64,000 nucleotides of DNA from IMG/VR virus record IMGVR_UViG_3300031418_000003, one strand, 5' to 3'. The notes beneath the pieces were generated by a model. That model had not been told where the DNA came from. It ran no database searches and saw nothing but the letters and a program-made list of their open reading frames with translations. Below are positions 37,417 to 46,296 of the stretch, piece by piece; the first letter of the stretch is position 1, and each line of letters opens with the position of its first letter. Origin of the DNA: a virus. Taxonomy: Duplodnaviria; Caudoviricetes. A program made the translations under genes and the position numbers.

Positions 37417-38637
37417 TTAAATAGCAATCGGGAATTTGATTCGTTCACCCATCAACAGTTCAAATGCATCTGTGACAGGCATGAAGTCAGTATGATGGTA
37501 AGTATAGAGATCCTGTTTCTTATTCAGATCCAGCTTGAACTCAAGATCATCATACTCGCCTGTTGCCCAGCGACGTTGAAGTTCTTTGATACCTTCCAGA
37601 TGGTTGGTGTAAACATGTGAATCCCATCCCCAATAATTGACATAACGAGGAATCATATTCAGCTGTTGAGCGAACATCATCAACAACGCAGAATACATAT
37701 TCATGTTAGCCGGCTGACCCAGTACCCAGTCATTGCTGCGCATCGTAAAGCTGATGTCCAGGTAATGAGTTGGGATCCGATGAAGAATTAGATCGTTCAT
37801 TACATTATCGATCGAGGTTTCTTGTCGCTCTCTGGATACTAGGGATGCATGATTATTCTTAGGAAGAAGTGCAACGCGTTCTTCATGGGACAGCTCCCAT
37901 GTATAGAAACCGAAGTTAAAGTGACATGGAGTTAAAGCCATATTTCCTTTAGCGGCATTCTCACGAGGAGAGATCTTTGGATCCGGTAAGAACGATGGGT
38001 TCCAGCAATCCACAACCACACGACGACTGTTAGGATCACGTTTAAGAACATCAAACGCATACTGGAGCTGATCAAAGGTTGTGCCGTCAGGATTAGGCCA
38101 GTTACGCCACTGCACGCCGTAAACTGGACCCAGCTCGCCATTTGGTACCTTTTCGTCAATGAAATTAGGAATCTGGTTTTTGTCCAGGAGTTCATCAATT
38201 TCTTCAACGGGGACGATCGCCATTGCCGCCATCATTTCAGTGACAGGCACGCCGCGATTATTAGCGTGTAATTTCAAACGTTCAACACGGTTCAATTCGA
38301 TCTTGTTGACCATGTCATCTTTGGTAGCAAAGCCATTCCAGAATGGGCAGCCGTTATCTTTCAGATATTGGATATTGGAACTACCCGACATCATCCAGAT
38401 CATTTCCGTGATCGGTTGAGTGAAGTTAAAATAGCGCCCAAACATCAGTGGATAGTTCTCACGGAGGTCGTGCGTGTAATGAATGTTTGGTAAGGAGATA
38501 ACGCCCGTTCCAGTACGATCACCACGGCGCTGTCCATTCTCAATGATATTGGCCAATTGTTCCATGTACCACTGTTCGTATTTATTTTTCACGTTTATAC
38601 TTTCTCCAATCTTTGTAAGCAGCTTTTGTAATTTCAA
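37417..38637 (-). CDS. thyA: Thymidylate synthase with two insertions
   Basis: DRTGTG, ELGPVYGVQWR, DPNSRR, MALTPCH, RSNDWVLGQPAN, HVYTNH. Confidence 0.95.
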   Translation of the reverse strand: MKLQKLLTKIGESINVKNKYEQWYMEQLANIIENGQRRGDRTGTGVISLPNIHYTHDLRENYPLMFGRYFNFTQPITEMIWMMSGSSNIQYLKDNGCPFWNGFATKDDMVNKIELNRVERLKLHANNRGVPVTEMMAAMAIVPVEEIDELLDKNQIPNFIDEKVPNGELGPVYGVQWRNWPNPDGTTFDQLQYAFDVLKRDPNSRRVVVDCWNPSFLPDPKISPRENAAKGNMALTPCHFNFGFYTWELSHEERVALLPKNNHASLVSRERQETSIDNVMNDLILHRIPTHYLDISFTMRSNDWVLGQPANMNMYSALLMMFAQQLNMIPRYVNYWGWDSHVYTNHLEGIKELQRRWATGEYDDLEFKLDLNKKQDLYTYHHTDFMPVTDAFELLMGERIKFPIAI

Positions 38638-38815
38638 TGATAATGGGTAGGAATACCCACACCAATCCTAAAAACGTGGCCAGATAAATATATTTCAATT
38701 TAGTTGACCAGAACCCATCATCCATGAACGGCCAAAGAAACGTTAGCACGATCGCAAGTGTTATTGTCATTGCAACACAGCTATCAATAAGTTCCTTGGT
38801 ATACCGGCTGATCAT
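38582..38815 (-). CDS. Small two-TM membrane protein
   Basis: 77 aa, two hydrophobic helices, basic C-terminal tail. Confidence 0.6.
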   Translation of the reverse strand: MISRYTKELIDSCVAMTITLAIVLTFLWPFMDDGFWSTKLKYIYLATFLGLVWVFLPIIIEITKAAYKDWRKYKREK

Positions 38816-38816
38816 G

Positions 38817-39041
38817 TTAAGGTCCTTTTAACGTAGAGGGCTTAGTGTTGTCATCCCAGCCGAGAATGTACCCATATATTCCGCAGAATGCAGAGAAAAG
38901 GATTTTGGTAACTATTCTTACTATGGATTCATATTCTTCGGTGCCCGATACCACTATTCCCAGAATAGCAACTAGTACAATCAGTAACACTATGATATTC
39001 CGAGCTTTCACAGCGATATCGCGTTTACTTCCTTTATTCAT
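38817..39041 (-). CDS. Small two-TM membrane protein
   Basis: Start at 39041 (MNKGSKRD; ATGA overlap, AAGGAG RBS). Confidence 0.6.
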   Translation of the reverse strand: MNKGSKRDIAVKARNIIVLLIVLVAILGIVVSGTEEYESIVRIVTKILFSAFCGIYGYILGWDDNTKPSTLKGP

Positions 39042-39256
39042 TTCTTTATCTCCTTGCGATAAAGAACGATCCAGTGGATGAACCCAATCCCGATTACACC
39101 TAACACAACAGGACCGACTTCTTCCAGCATAATTAATGTCCAATCACCATCTGCTTTCAATAATCCGATTAACAAGATAGCAATCCAAACAGCGGCAGTA
39201 GCCCAATACATTTTAACAAGTAAAACGTGAAGCGCTTCTTTCATTAATGCTTTCAC
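39038..39256 (-). CDS. Small two-TM membrane protein
   Basis: 72 aa, two hydrophobic helices. Confidence 0.62.
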   Translation of the reverse strand: MKALMKEALHVLLVKMYWATAAVWIAILLIGLLKADGDWTLIMLEEVGPVVLGVIGIGFIHWIVLYRKEIKK

Positions 39257-39261
39257 AAGGG

Positions 39262-39486
39262 CTACCCTTTAGAAGTGCGAGGGACAAGCACAACGCACGA
39301 TAAAAGAAAGTGAAGCACAAAAGAGATCCCTACCGCACTTACGATATACGGTGCGAAGACCTCAAACAGATGAAGACCTTGTGCTTCATTACCGTCCCTG
39401 ATCATAATCAGTAAAAACGTTCCCAACGCAGCAATCACATACACCGAGATAAAGAACCCGTTAACGAACTGTCTTAATTTATCCAT
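39262..39486 (-). CDS. Small two-TM membrane protein
   Basis: Start at 39486 (MDKLRQF); two hydrophobic helices. Confidence 0.62.
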   Translation of the reverse strand: MDKLRQFVNGFFISVYVIAALGTFLLIMIRDGNEAQGLHLFEVFAPYIVSAVGISFVLHFLLSCVVLVPRTSKG

Positions 39487-40003
39487 TGACAACTTCTCCG
39501 ACCAATTCAGGTTTACGATAAGTACGATATTCGCCAGAGATGATTTTCTCCAGGTCTACCGGACCGTCTTTGAGGTGATCCCAACACACATTGATATAAC
39601 GTTCATCTTTAATGATGTCGGTATGAGTATGGCCGTGGACTTGACGCTTACCACGCAGTTGCGACGGATGCATGGGAATATGATCAAACCAGATACCGCG
39701 TTTGTGCTTCCACGCGACCTGAACATCATCATATACTTCCAGTACATCACGAATATCATTCGCGCGTTCCAGATCGTGATTACCAGGAACCAATACCTTT
39801 CTTCCCGGAAGCTTCTTAATGAGCAGAAGCCCTTCTTTGAATAAGGCAATATCCCCTACCAGAATAATTGTGGTACGTGGAGTAACGACTTTATTCCACG
39901 TATCCATAACCAACTCTTGATATTCCTTTAAGTTGGTGAACCCTCGCTCTCGTAGAGCCTTAGGGTGATCAAGATGGAGATCGGCCCATGTAACAGTATT
40001 CAT
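39479..40003 (-). CDS. Calcineurin-like metallophosphoesterase
   Basis: ADLHLDH, VGDIA, GNHD, HIP, HGHTH. Confidence 0.92.
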   Translation of the reverse strand: MNTVTWADLHLDHPKALRERGFTNLKEYQELVMDTWNKVVTPRTTIILVGDIALFKEGLLLIKKLPGRKVLVPGNHDLERANDIRDVLEVYDDVQVAWKHKRGIWFDHIPMHPSQLRGKRQVHGHTHTDIIKDERYINVCWDHLKDGPVDLEKIISGEYRTYRKPELVGEVVNG

Positions 40004-40015
40004 AACTACTCCAAT

Positions 40016-40456
40016 TTATTTTCCGTATGATCTGAGCTCTGGTACAATTAAACCCTCGGTTACCCATTGCCAATTACGCAGTCCCACTTGACGATCATAA
40101 GAGTTACTCTCCGGGTCATAGGAACATGCGCCAATTACGTGTTCTTTGGCGTCAGCTAAATCTATAACAAAAATATAGCTGCGTTTGGCTAACCCACCAG
40201 AATCATCTTTGGCCAACACATTCGCGTAATAAGCGTTATACTCCTGCCCCTTCTTTAAAATAACTTCCAGAGCTTTGGCGTGAGAGATTGCGCGCTTACG
40301 TTGGATGTTCTTCACTGGACCATATCCGGTGTGAGTAGCAAAGTTTGATTTCAGTTGCACCAGTCGATCAATACAACGAGAGATCAACTTAGCCTGGTCC
40401 AGAATACGCTTCTCTGCTAATTCAATAGGGTTGAGTAAATGAGGGATACCTTTCAT
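40016..40456 (-). CDS. Hypothetical protein
   Basis: 146-aa coupled ORF. Confidence 0.65.
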   Translation of the reverse strand: MKGIPHLLNPIELAEKRILDQAKLISRCIDRLVQLKSNFATHTGYGPVKNIQRKRAISHAKALEVILKKGQEYNAYYANVLAKDDSGGLAKRSYIFVIDLADAKEHVIGACSYDPESNSYDRQVGLRNWQWVTEGLIVPELRSYGK

Positions 40457-40824
40457 ACTTTACCTCCGTAGGTATAGATGTTAAATAAATCCTCCGGCAG
40501 CTCTTGAGAGCGAATCATACCGAAAGCGACACACTTAATAAACGTTGGCTTATAATCACTCAACAACTCATTAAAGTCAGTGAGTAATTCATGGGTTGCA
40601 CGGAAATCACTTCCGCCCTGCAAAGCTTCCAGGATTTCAACCCCTTCTTCTTCGAATGCAGTGATTTTCCATAACAGGTACATTACCGTAAAGAAGTTGA
40701 ATGACAGAATCCATTTCCATTTGGATTTACTCATTGCCGCCAGAAACTCCTGATTAACTTTCACCAGGTTATCATACACTTCGTTTGCCGTGATGATGCG
40801 TATCTTTATTTCTTCTTCACTCAT
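40453..40824 (-). CDS. Hypothetical protein
   Basis: 123-aa coupled ORF. Confidence 0.65.
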   Translation of the reverse strand: MSEEEIKIRIITANEVYDNLVKVNQEFLAAMSKSKWKWILSFNFFTVMYLLWKITAFEEEGVEILEALQGGSDFRATHELLTDFNELLSDYKPTFIKCVAFGMIRSQELPEDLFNIYTYGGKV

Positions 40825-41230
40825 TCTTAAATATTCCTGTTTCAGTTGAGTTTAATAACTTAGTCCAGCGTTGACAGAACTTATCAAAGTCTTCATCCGC
40901 TGCTTTAACAAAGAAACCCACAGGCAGTGAGCGTTGCTGTTCATACCGTTTAACAAGCTCATCCAACTCTTTAATGAATGTAGGAAACCCGGATTTATTA
41001 GCGATAGTAACAAGAAGAAGATCCCACAGATTCCACCACTTAACTTTGCAAATCTGGTCATCCATGGTAGCTTGGACCTCCTTCCTAACAGCGTTAAGGT
41101 AGGTGAGACGATTACAACAGTTGATGAACAGCGGACTTGCTCGCATTTTTTCATAAGACCCATACAAGGCAAATACTGCTGAGTCGTAATCTTTCATAGG
41201 AAGACTATCACGCGGAGCTTCAATTATCAT
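40817..41230 (-). CDS. Hypothetical protein
   Basis: 137 aa; first gene after the promoter motif at 41273. Confidence 0.65.
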   Translation of the reverse strand: MIIEAPRDSLPMKDYDSAVFALYGSYEKMRASPLFINCCNRLTYLNAVRKEVQATMDDQICKVKWWNLWDLLLVTIANKSGFPTFIKELDELVKRYEQQRSLPVGFFVKAADEDFDKFCQRWTKLLNSTETGIFKNE

Positions 41231-41272
41231 AAGTATTTCCTTAATTTAAAATCATTGATTGAATTACATGTT

Positions 41273-41290
41273 GATAATATTAGTCTGAAA
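41273..41290 (-). promoter_or_regulatory. Putative early promoter motif
   Basis: Minus strand TTTCAGACTAATATTATC. Confidence 0.65.
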
Positions 41291-41363
41291 TTCCTTCCAT
41301 ATAAAATGAAAAGAATCGTTTGGATTAATAAATCTTTAAGTTTCAGCCATAGGTAAAAAGTTT

Positions 41364-41969
41364 ATGATCATTGTATCAGGCACCAACAGCAAAAAGATCA
41401 ATGACCCTGTATTTTTGTCAGCACGCAAATTTATGCAAGATCGTCTTGCCAAACTTGAAGCTCAAGGTCCGAGTGTGCTGCTTGACCTTGAGAAGGAACG
41501 CTACACAGGGTTAACAGCGAAAGATGTACAGATTGAACCCCCCGTGACATTTACTGCTGAGAACAACATTGTCCGTTGTTGCTTTGTTTCTCGTAAGACT
41601 GGTTTCTTCCGAGCAGACATCGAAGTTGAACATGTCGATATCGCAGCCATTTTTGCTGAGTTCTCTGTTGGGGTGACAGAATACACGGATACGGACACAC
41701 TGGTAAATAAAGTCAAATCCGGCGACCAAACCGAAGGGATGGTATTTGTTCGTGATCAGCAAGTCTATGGTATTGTGCTGGCTGAAGCTAACGCGACACC
41801 AGAAAACGCAATGCGAATCATGGGTGACATTTACTGGGATAAGATTACAGTAAACACACTTGACGCGATTGATAATACAACCCAGAGTGGTGGAACCTTC
41901 TCTGTTGAAGCGATCAACATTGATACAACCCAGGGTAATCTGTACATTATTGAACAGCTCAAAAAATAA
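41364..41969 (+). CDS. Stand-alone paralog of the N-terminal domain of the giant repeat protein
   Basis: KINDPVF...QDRLAKLE..GP...RYTGL...SRKTGFFRADI vs VINDPLF...QDRIAKLE..GP...RYDGL...SRKTGFARVDI (53848 ORF). Confidence 0.8.
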   Translation: MIIVSGTNSKKINDPVFLSARKFMQDRLAKLEAQGPSVLLDLEKERYTGLTAKDVQIEPPVTFTAENNIVRCCFVSRKTGFFRADIEVEHVDIAAIFAEFSVGVTEYTDTDTLVNKVKSGDQTEGMVFVRDQQVYGIVLAEANATPENAMRIMGDIYWDKITVNTLDAIDNTTQSGGTFSVEAINIDTTQGNLYIIEQLKK

Positions 41970-41973
41970 TAAT

Positions 41974-42018
41974 CATAGCTCCTACTCTACCCTGATGGGT
42001 AGAGTAGGAATATGTTTG
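41974..42018 (-). terminator. Hairpin terminator (family 1), identical to 10434-10478
   Basis: catagctcctactctaccctgatgggtagagtaggaatatgtttg at both loci; convergent genes on both sides. Confidence 0.8.
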
Positions 42019-42019
42019 C

Positions 42020-42478
42020 TTAGGCGAACAGCGATTGCATTTCCTGAATCATGAACTTGTTAACCTCTTCGTACTGAATCGGCTCCCATTTAATCTCTGT
42101 CATCAGGCTAGTTGGACGGTATCCCTTTTCCAATACCAGGAAAATGGTGAACGGTGATCTCTCGTTGACCCAGTGAGTATGCTTGAACCAATTACCTTCT
42201 GCCAACAAAGGCCAGTAGACTTGGTGCATGCTGTCATCTGTGCGTACCCCGACGGAGATGGATTCACCGTGGAAGTACTCTTCACCCTGGTTACGCAGCT
42301 TTTTGACGAACCCGCCGTTGGTTGGAGACATCATGATCAGGTGTGCCATGTCCCGATGCTGGAAGATATCATGCTTACGTGTAATCGCCAGTGCATCGAT
42401 ATAGTTCACGTTCTCTTTCGTGTCTTCTTTACCGTCGGGAATACCACGGATATTGCCAAATAAAAATTTAGAGATCAT
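42020..42478 (-). CDS. Hypothetical protein
   Basis: 152-aa coupled ORF. Confidence 0.65.
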   Translation of the reverse strand: MISKFLFGNIRGIPDGKEDTKENVNYIDALAITRKHDIFQHRDMAHLIMMSPTNGGFVKKLRNQGEEYFHGESISVGVRTDDSMHQVYWPLLAEGNWFKHTHWVNERSPFTIFLVLEKGYRPTSLMTEIKWEPIQYEEVNKFMIQEMQSLFA

Positions 42479-42918
42479 TCATTTTCTCCAACCACATTGG
42501 TGCGATCGTTAATCTCACGGACAACTTCTTCACTGGAGATTTCTTTCCAGATATCGAGATTAACAACACGAGGATTACTGATAACAAGCAATGGCGGCTT
42601 GCCCGGTAAATGGTCAGGATAGTTCTTCATGACATAGGCATAACCCAGCCAATGAAGATTATCCAGTTGATCGCGAAGATCCTTAAGTTTATCGCATCGC
42701 CCAGACACCTGATAATTGTCCATCAGTTCTTCAAGGCTTTTGTCGATCGGTTTAAGTAGTTTGATATTCGCTTCATCATTGTTGTTAATATCAAAACCAA
42801 CCGCCTCTTCATCCACAGATAACTCTGAATGACCGACAAAAAGTGCACTGATAGGACGCCCTCTTCCTGCACCGTGAGTTACGACGATACCTAAGATAGC
42901 TTCGTATTCTGTTTCCAT
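42475..42918 (-). CDS. Hypothetical protein
   Basis: 147-aa ORF. Confidence 0.65.
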   Translation of the reverse strand: METEYEAILGIVVTHGAGRGRPISALFVGHSELSVDEEAVGFDINNNDEANIKLLKPIDKSLEELMDNYQVSGRCDKLKDLRDQLDNLHWLGYAYVMKNYPDHLPGKPPLLVISNPRVVNLDIWKEISSEEVVREINDRTNVVGENE

Positions 42919-42927
42919 GCCAAATCC

Positions 42928-43710
42928 TTACAATCTATTTATGTTGAAAGCCATAAGGTTGTTATTCGCAACCCAGACCATGTTTTTGATCGACGCTTCA
43001 GTTCCTTCGGTAATGTCCCCTTTGGCCTTCATGTTTTCGATGAAAGCAACCAGGTCCTTTTGCCAGTTAGGTTTGAGGCGTTGACTAAATTTACTGGTAT
43101 GCATCTGGCCGTCTGTTGAACAGTTCAGATCAAAACAAATGTACCCAGTGGTGATGTGATAATACCCATAGATCAGTAAATGATTATCAGGGATCTCCGT
43201 TCTGACTCCACCGAGCACTACCATATCAGACGTGGCGTGAATGGCGTTCGTCGACCTGAAAGTAAGTTCATTTGTAATGTTGCCCACAATACCCGCACCT
43301 TGCACATAGGTCTGTTCAAATCGACCTTCAAAGTCACGACGACAATATTTAAGCGGACACCCGTTACAGTCATTACTGGCGAACTTATTCCAGTCGATGA
43401 TGGGATATAAGTTACCATTGAACAAGAAGTCTGTTCTGGCCGAACCCAATCCCTTTACCATTTTCTCGTAGACATCTTCGGGAAGATGATGCGTCCAGAT
43501 ACTTTTATCTTTGGTTGTAGCGAGTCGGACATCGGTGCGGATAATATAAACCCCACCAATACGTTCCCAAAGTTTAGCTGTCAGTACCCTGGGCGTTAAT
43601 GGGATTTCAACTTGATGGGCATAATCTCCACCACCTCGAATCAAGACACGAAACCACTGACCGGTTTCATAATCCTGTCTCAACCAATCCTGCATCGCAT
43701 TAGTAGTCAC
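42928..43710 (-). CDS. Hypothetical protein
   Basis: 260-aa ORF containing CNGCPLKYC. Confidence 0.65.
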   Translation of the reverse strand: MTTNAMQDWLRQDYETGQWFRVLIRGGGDYAHQVEIPLTPRVLTAKLWERIGGVYIIRTDVRLATTKDKSIWTHHLPEDVYEKMVKGLGSARTDFLFNGNLYPIIDWNKFASNDCNGCPLKYCRRDFEGRFEQTYVQGAGIVGNITNELTFRSTNAIHATSDMVVLGGVRTEIPDNHLLIYGYYHITTGYICFDLNCSTDGQMHTSKFSQRLKPNWQKDLVAFIENMKAKGDITEGTEASIKNMVWVANNNLMAFNINRL

Positions 43711-44104
43711 GATCTTTCCCCTCTAACAGATCACGCGCAAACCGAACACAATCTTTGGCTTGCACAATAAACCCGGAGGGCATATGGATGTGGATAAGTC
43801 GATGATCAAAGTTTAGATGCATGAGTGTCTCATACATGTGACCTGAAGTGCTTTCCATGAGACGACGATTAACAGAGTTAGGTAGTGCGGGGAAGTACAG
43901 AACTTCCTGTGGTTGATTTTGATGGAAGTACTTAACGAAGTTCAACTTCTTAATGTCGTCCATCGTTTTTGGGAAACCTGCAATATCGGGAGCAGGGGTC
44001 AGGATAAGTTCGTTCTGGTAAGGAATATCTTTACCATCAGAGCGCAGTAATACACGAGACCATACCTGAGTGATCTTGTTGTATTTGAATTTGTATTGAT
44101 CCAT
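43700..44104 (-). CDS. Hypothetical protein
   Basis: 134-aa ORF preceded by the TTACTTTAGAGAAA leader. Confidence 0.65.
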   Translation of the reverse strand: MDQYKFKYNKITQVWSRVLLRSDGKDIPYQNELILTPAPDIAGFPKTMDDIKKLNFVKYFHQNQPQEVLYFPALPNSVNRRLMESTSGHMYETLMHLNFDHRLIHIHMPSGFIVQAKDCVRFARDLLEGKDRDY

Positions 44105-44134
44105 AAATATTTTCTCTAAAGTAAGAGGGGTTAC

Positions 44135-44278
44135 TCACCCCATTTTGATAATGATAGTTGTCGTACTAGGGAATAAACTGTCGATATAAGGGGGAATGGT
44201 GAATAACATGATGAAAAGAATAAAGAATATCAAAAATAACAACTTCTCTTCACGGATGAATTCAAAGAACTCTTTCAT
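44135..44278 (-). CDS. 47-aa single-TM membrane protein (below ORF-track cutoff)
   Basis: Manual translation MKEFFEFIREEKLLFLIFFILFIMLFTIPPYIDSLFPSTTTIIIKMG; GGAGA RBS; fills the gap in the operon. Confidence 0.7.
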   Translation of the reverse strand: MKEFFEFIREEKLLFLIFFILFIMLFTIPPYIDSLFPSTTTIIIKMG

Positions 44279-44281
44279 TAC

Positions 44282-44539
44282 TTATCTCCAGCGAGGTTCA
44301 TCGTCACAAGTGTACAGATACTCAGTATTTGTGCCGTGTTGTGTTACAGGTACCTTGCCGACCAAAATAGTACGAGTATATTCCACCTCCCGAGTTTTAT
44401 CAGTTTTAACACAGTGTTGTTTTTTCATCTCTTTGCTGTCAGCAATTCCCCCTGCAATAAAAGCAATGCAGAATACGATAAAGAACCACGCCAAAGAGCC
44501 GATAAAGATTCCGTCTTTGAAACGAAGTATCTCTAACAT
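44282..44539 (-). CDS. Small membrane-anchored protein with two-Cys exported domain
   Basis: N-terminal TM, then CVKTD...YTCDD. Confidence 0.65.
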   Translation of the reverse strand: MLEILRFKDGIFIGSLAWFFIVFCIAFIAGGIADSKEMKKQHCVKTDKTREVEYTRTILVGKVPVTQHGTNTEYLYTCDDEPRWR

Positions 44540-44937
44540 TATTCCTCCACGTAGTCAGGTTCACATGCTGGATGCCAGAACCATTTACGAGAAATGAACT
44601 GGCCTTTGTATACATGTTGACGAGTAAAATCACTCAAGTTAATTCTGAGACGGTGGGTCAGTGGTGAATTAATGAACTCACGACGGATAGCACGCTTGAT
44701 GATATCGATCTCTGGTTTTGCATCAGGATACTCTTCCAGGAACAAATCCAACCAGGCAACCACATCGGCACGATCACCCCAGATGGTGCAAGTGTGTTGA
44801 CCGCCGTTGTTAGGATAACCTGACATATCAATCAAACGCGTCAGGGTATCTTGACCATAATACATCTGACGAAGTGCAAATGGCATGTGGCTGGTTTTAT
44901 GATGTTCAGGTGCGCTTAATACAACGGTGACTTTCAT
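44539..44937 (-). CDS. Hypothetical protein
   Basis: 132-aa coupled ORF. Confidence 0.62.
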   Translation of the reverse strand: MKVTVVLSAPEHHKTSHMPFALRQMYYGQDTLTRLIDMSGYPNNGGQHTCTIWGDRADVVAWLDLFLEEYPDAKPEIDIIKRAIRREFINSPLTHRLRINLSDFTRQHVYKGQFISRKWFWHPACEPDYVEE

Positions 44938-44940
44938 CGT

Positions 44941-45396
44941 TTATTCCTTATAGAAACGATCACGAATGGCATTGACAGCAGAATCAGGATCCAGCATAAT
45001 TTCAGCAAGCTTGCCCTGACCGTATTTGATAACTGAAAGAGATTCAATATCAGCACCACTCAATAGGTCTGTCATGTGACCTACCTGATAAATGATGTTA
45101 CCATTGCGAATCATCAAGTATTCACTGCTGACCGTATCGTTATCGGTAACAAGATCAGAAACCATTTTCACCGGCATCTTTAATTCGATATCCGGTTTCT
45201 GTCCAATCTTACCGAACAGATATGTGATGGTTGTTTTCTTTTGGCAGACCAACACTTCTTTCTTGTGGTCAACCGTTTGTGCGTAATATAACACTTCGTT
45301 GTTCTTGCAACGATTACCAACGTTATCCAGTGGATCACCGTTAGCGTAAGAAACGAATGATGTGGCTAACAGAAATAATAAAATAAACTTTTTCAT
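44941..45396 (-). CDS. Exported (Sec signal peptide) periplasmic protein
   Basis: MKKFILLFLLATSFVSYA/NG signal; two Cys in the mature part. Confidence 0.7.
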   Translation of the reverse strand: MKKFILLFLLATSFVSYANGDPLDNVGNRCKNNEVLYYAQTVDHKKEVLVCQKKTTITYLFGKIGQKPDIELKMPVKMVSDLVTDNDTVSSEYLMIRNGNIIYQVGHMTDLLSGADIESLSVIKYGQGKLAEIMLDPDSAVNAIRDRFYKE

Positions 45397-45404
45397 GGAA
45401 CCTC

Positions 45405-45695
45405 TTATACGGTGATAAGTTTTGAACTAATAGCAGCTTGTTGAAGAATAGCGTCGTTCATCTCCAACATCTTTTTCGCCAGATCGTAAATCTTCATACC
45501 CTCAGAAGTAGGGTTCTTATTGCGACCAGTACGTTCGAACAGGGGAAGACCCAATTGTTCTTCCAACCGTTGCATCTGCTGGGATAATGCAGACTGGGTA
45601 CGTTCGGCAACTTCTGCAGCAGAAGCAAAGTTACCCAGATCAACAATAAGAACAAAACTACGCAACAGGGCAGTATCAATATTAACAAATGGCAT
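45405..45695 (-). CDS. HTH-only LysR-family protein, LrhA/HexA/PecT-like DNA-binding domain
   Basis: LLRSFV..DLGNFASAA...RTQSALSQQMQRLEEQLG..LFERTGRNK..T..G; 96 aa; no effector-binding domain. Confidence 0.88.
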   Translation of the reverse strand: MPFVNIDTALLRSFVLIVDLGNFASAAEVAERTQSALSQQMQRLEEQLGLPLFERTGRNKNPTSEGMKIYDLAKKMLEMNDAILQQAAISSKLITV

Positions 45696-45704
45696 TACAT
45701 TACC

Positions 45705-46289
45705 TCAATTTAGGGATTTTAAAATTTCAGGACTGAAGTCGTAAATAGGGCGACTGGTCTCAGACTGATATCCGCATGTCTCTAACTTTTGGAGAATAGC
45801 GGTATTCAATTTATCAACAAGCAGTGCCTTCTCTGTTTTATCGAATATCCTTTTATCTGGATTATCCGATAGCCATTGATTAGTTCGATTAACAGCATAT
45901 CCTTCTGATGAGCTATAGTCGGAAGGAAGGGGAATAAGTTTATCAAAGTTGAAATATTCACTCATTTCTTCTGACATCGAGAGATAAACGCTACTGTATT
46001 TACCTGGCTTTATTTCTAAGCTCTTTAAGCATTCAAGAGGAATATCTTTATATTTTTGGTCATCCCTGATTTTGTTCTGGAGTTCGTCGGTTAATAGAAT
46101 AGTAAGTTGTTCGCCAGTAAACAACATACCGTCTTTATTACGGATAAGAGTGTGTGCAAGGTCGCCCAGCGAATTTACAACAGCAGCGCTATGTTCACGT
46201 AAAAATATAGGATGGGTGATGTTGTAAACCTCATCCCTTTCCTGCTGAGTTAATGGTTCGGAATAATAACCAATAATTGATTTACTCAT
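45705..46289 (-). CDS. Hypothetical protein, family A paralog (directly upstream of LysR-HTH 2)
   Basis: MSKSIIGYYSEPLTQQERDEV resembles the N-termini of 47015-47491 and 48008-48508. Confidence 0.65.
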   Translation of the reverse strand: MSKSIIGYYSEPLTQQERDEVYNITHPIFLREHSAAVVNSLGDLAHTLIRNKDGMLFTGEQLTILLTDELQNKIRDDQKYKDIPLECLKSLEIKPGKYSSVYLSMSEEMSEYFNFDKLIPLPSDYSSSEGYAVNRTNQWLSDNPDKRIFDKTEKALLVDKLNTAILQKLETCGYQSETSRPIYDFSPEILKSLN

Positions 46290-46296
46290 AACAACC

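Noticed and set aside
37417-38637. ThyA as a DNA-hypermodification enzyme
   Set aside because: Specificity Asn is retained and no glycosyltransferase or kinase partners are nearby; DHFR and TK fit normal dTMP supply.
10434-42018. Repeated hairpins as a CRISPR-like array or MITE
   Set aside because: Copies are dispersed singletons at gene ends, with no spacers, terminal repeats or target-site duplications; terminator function explains them.
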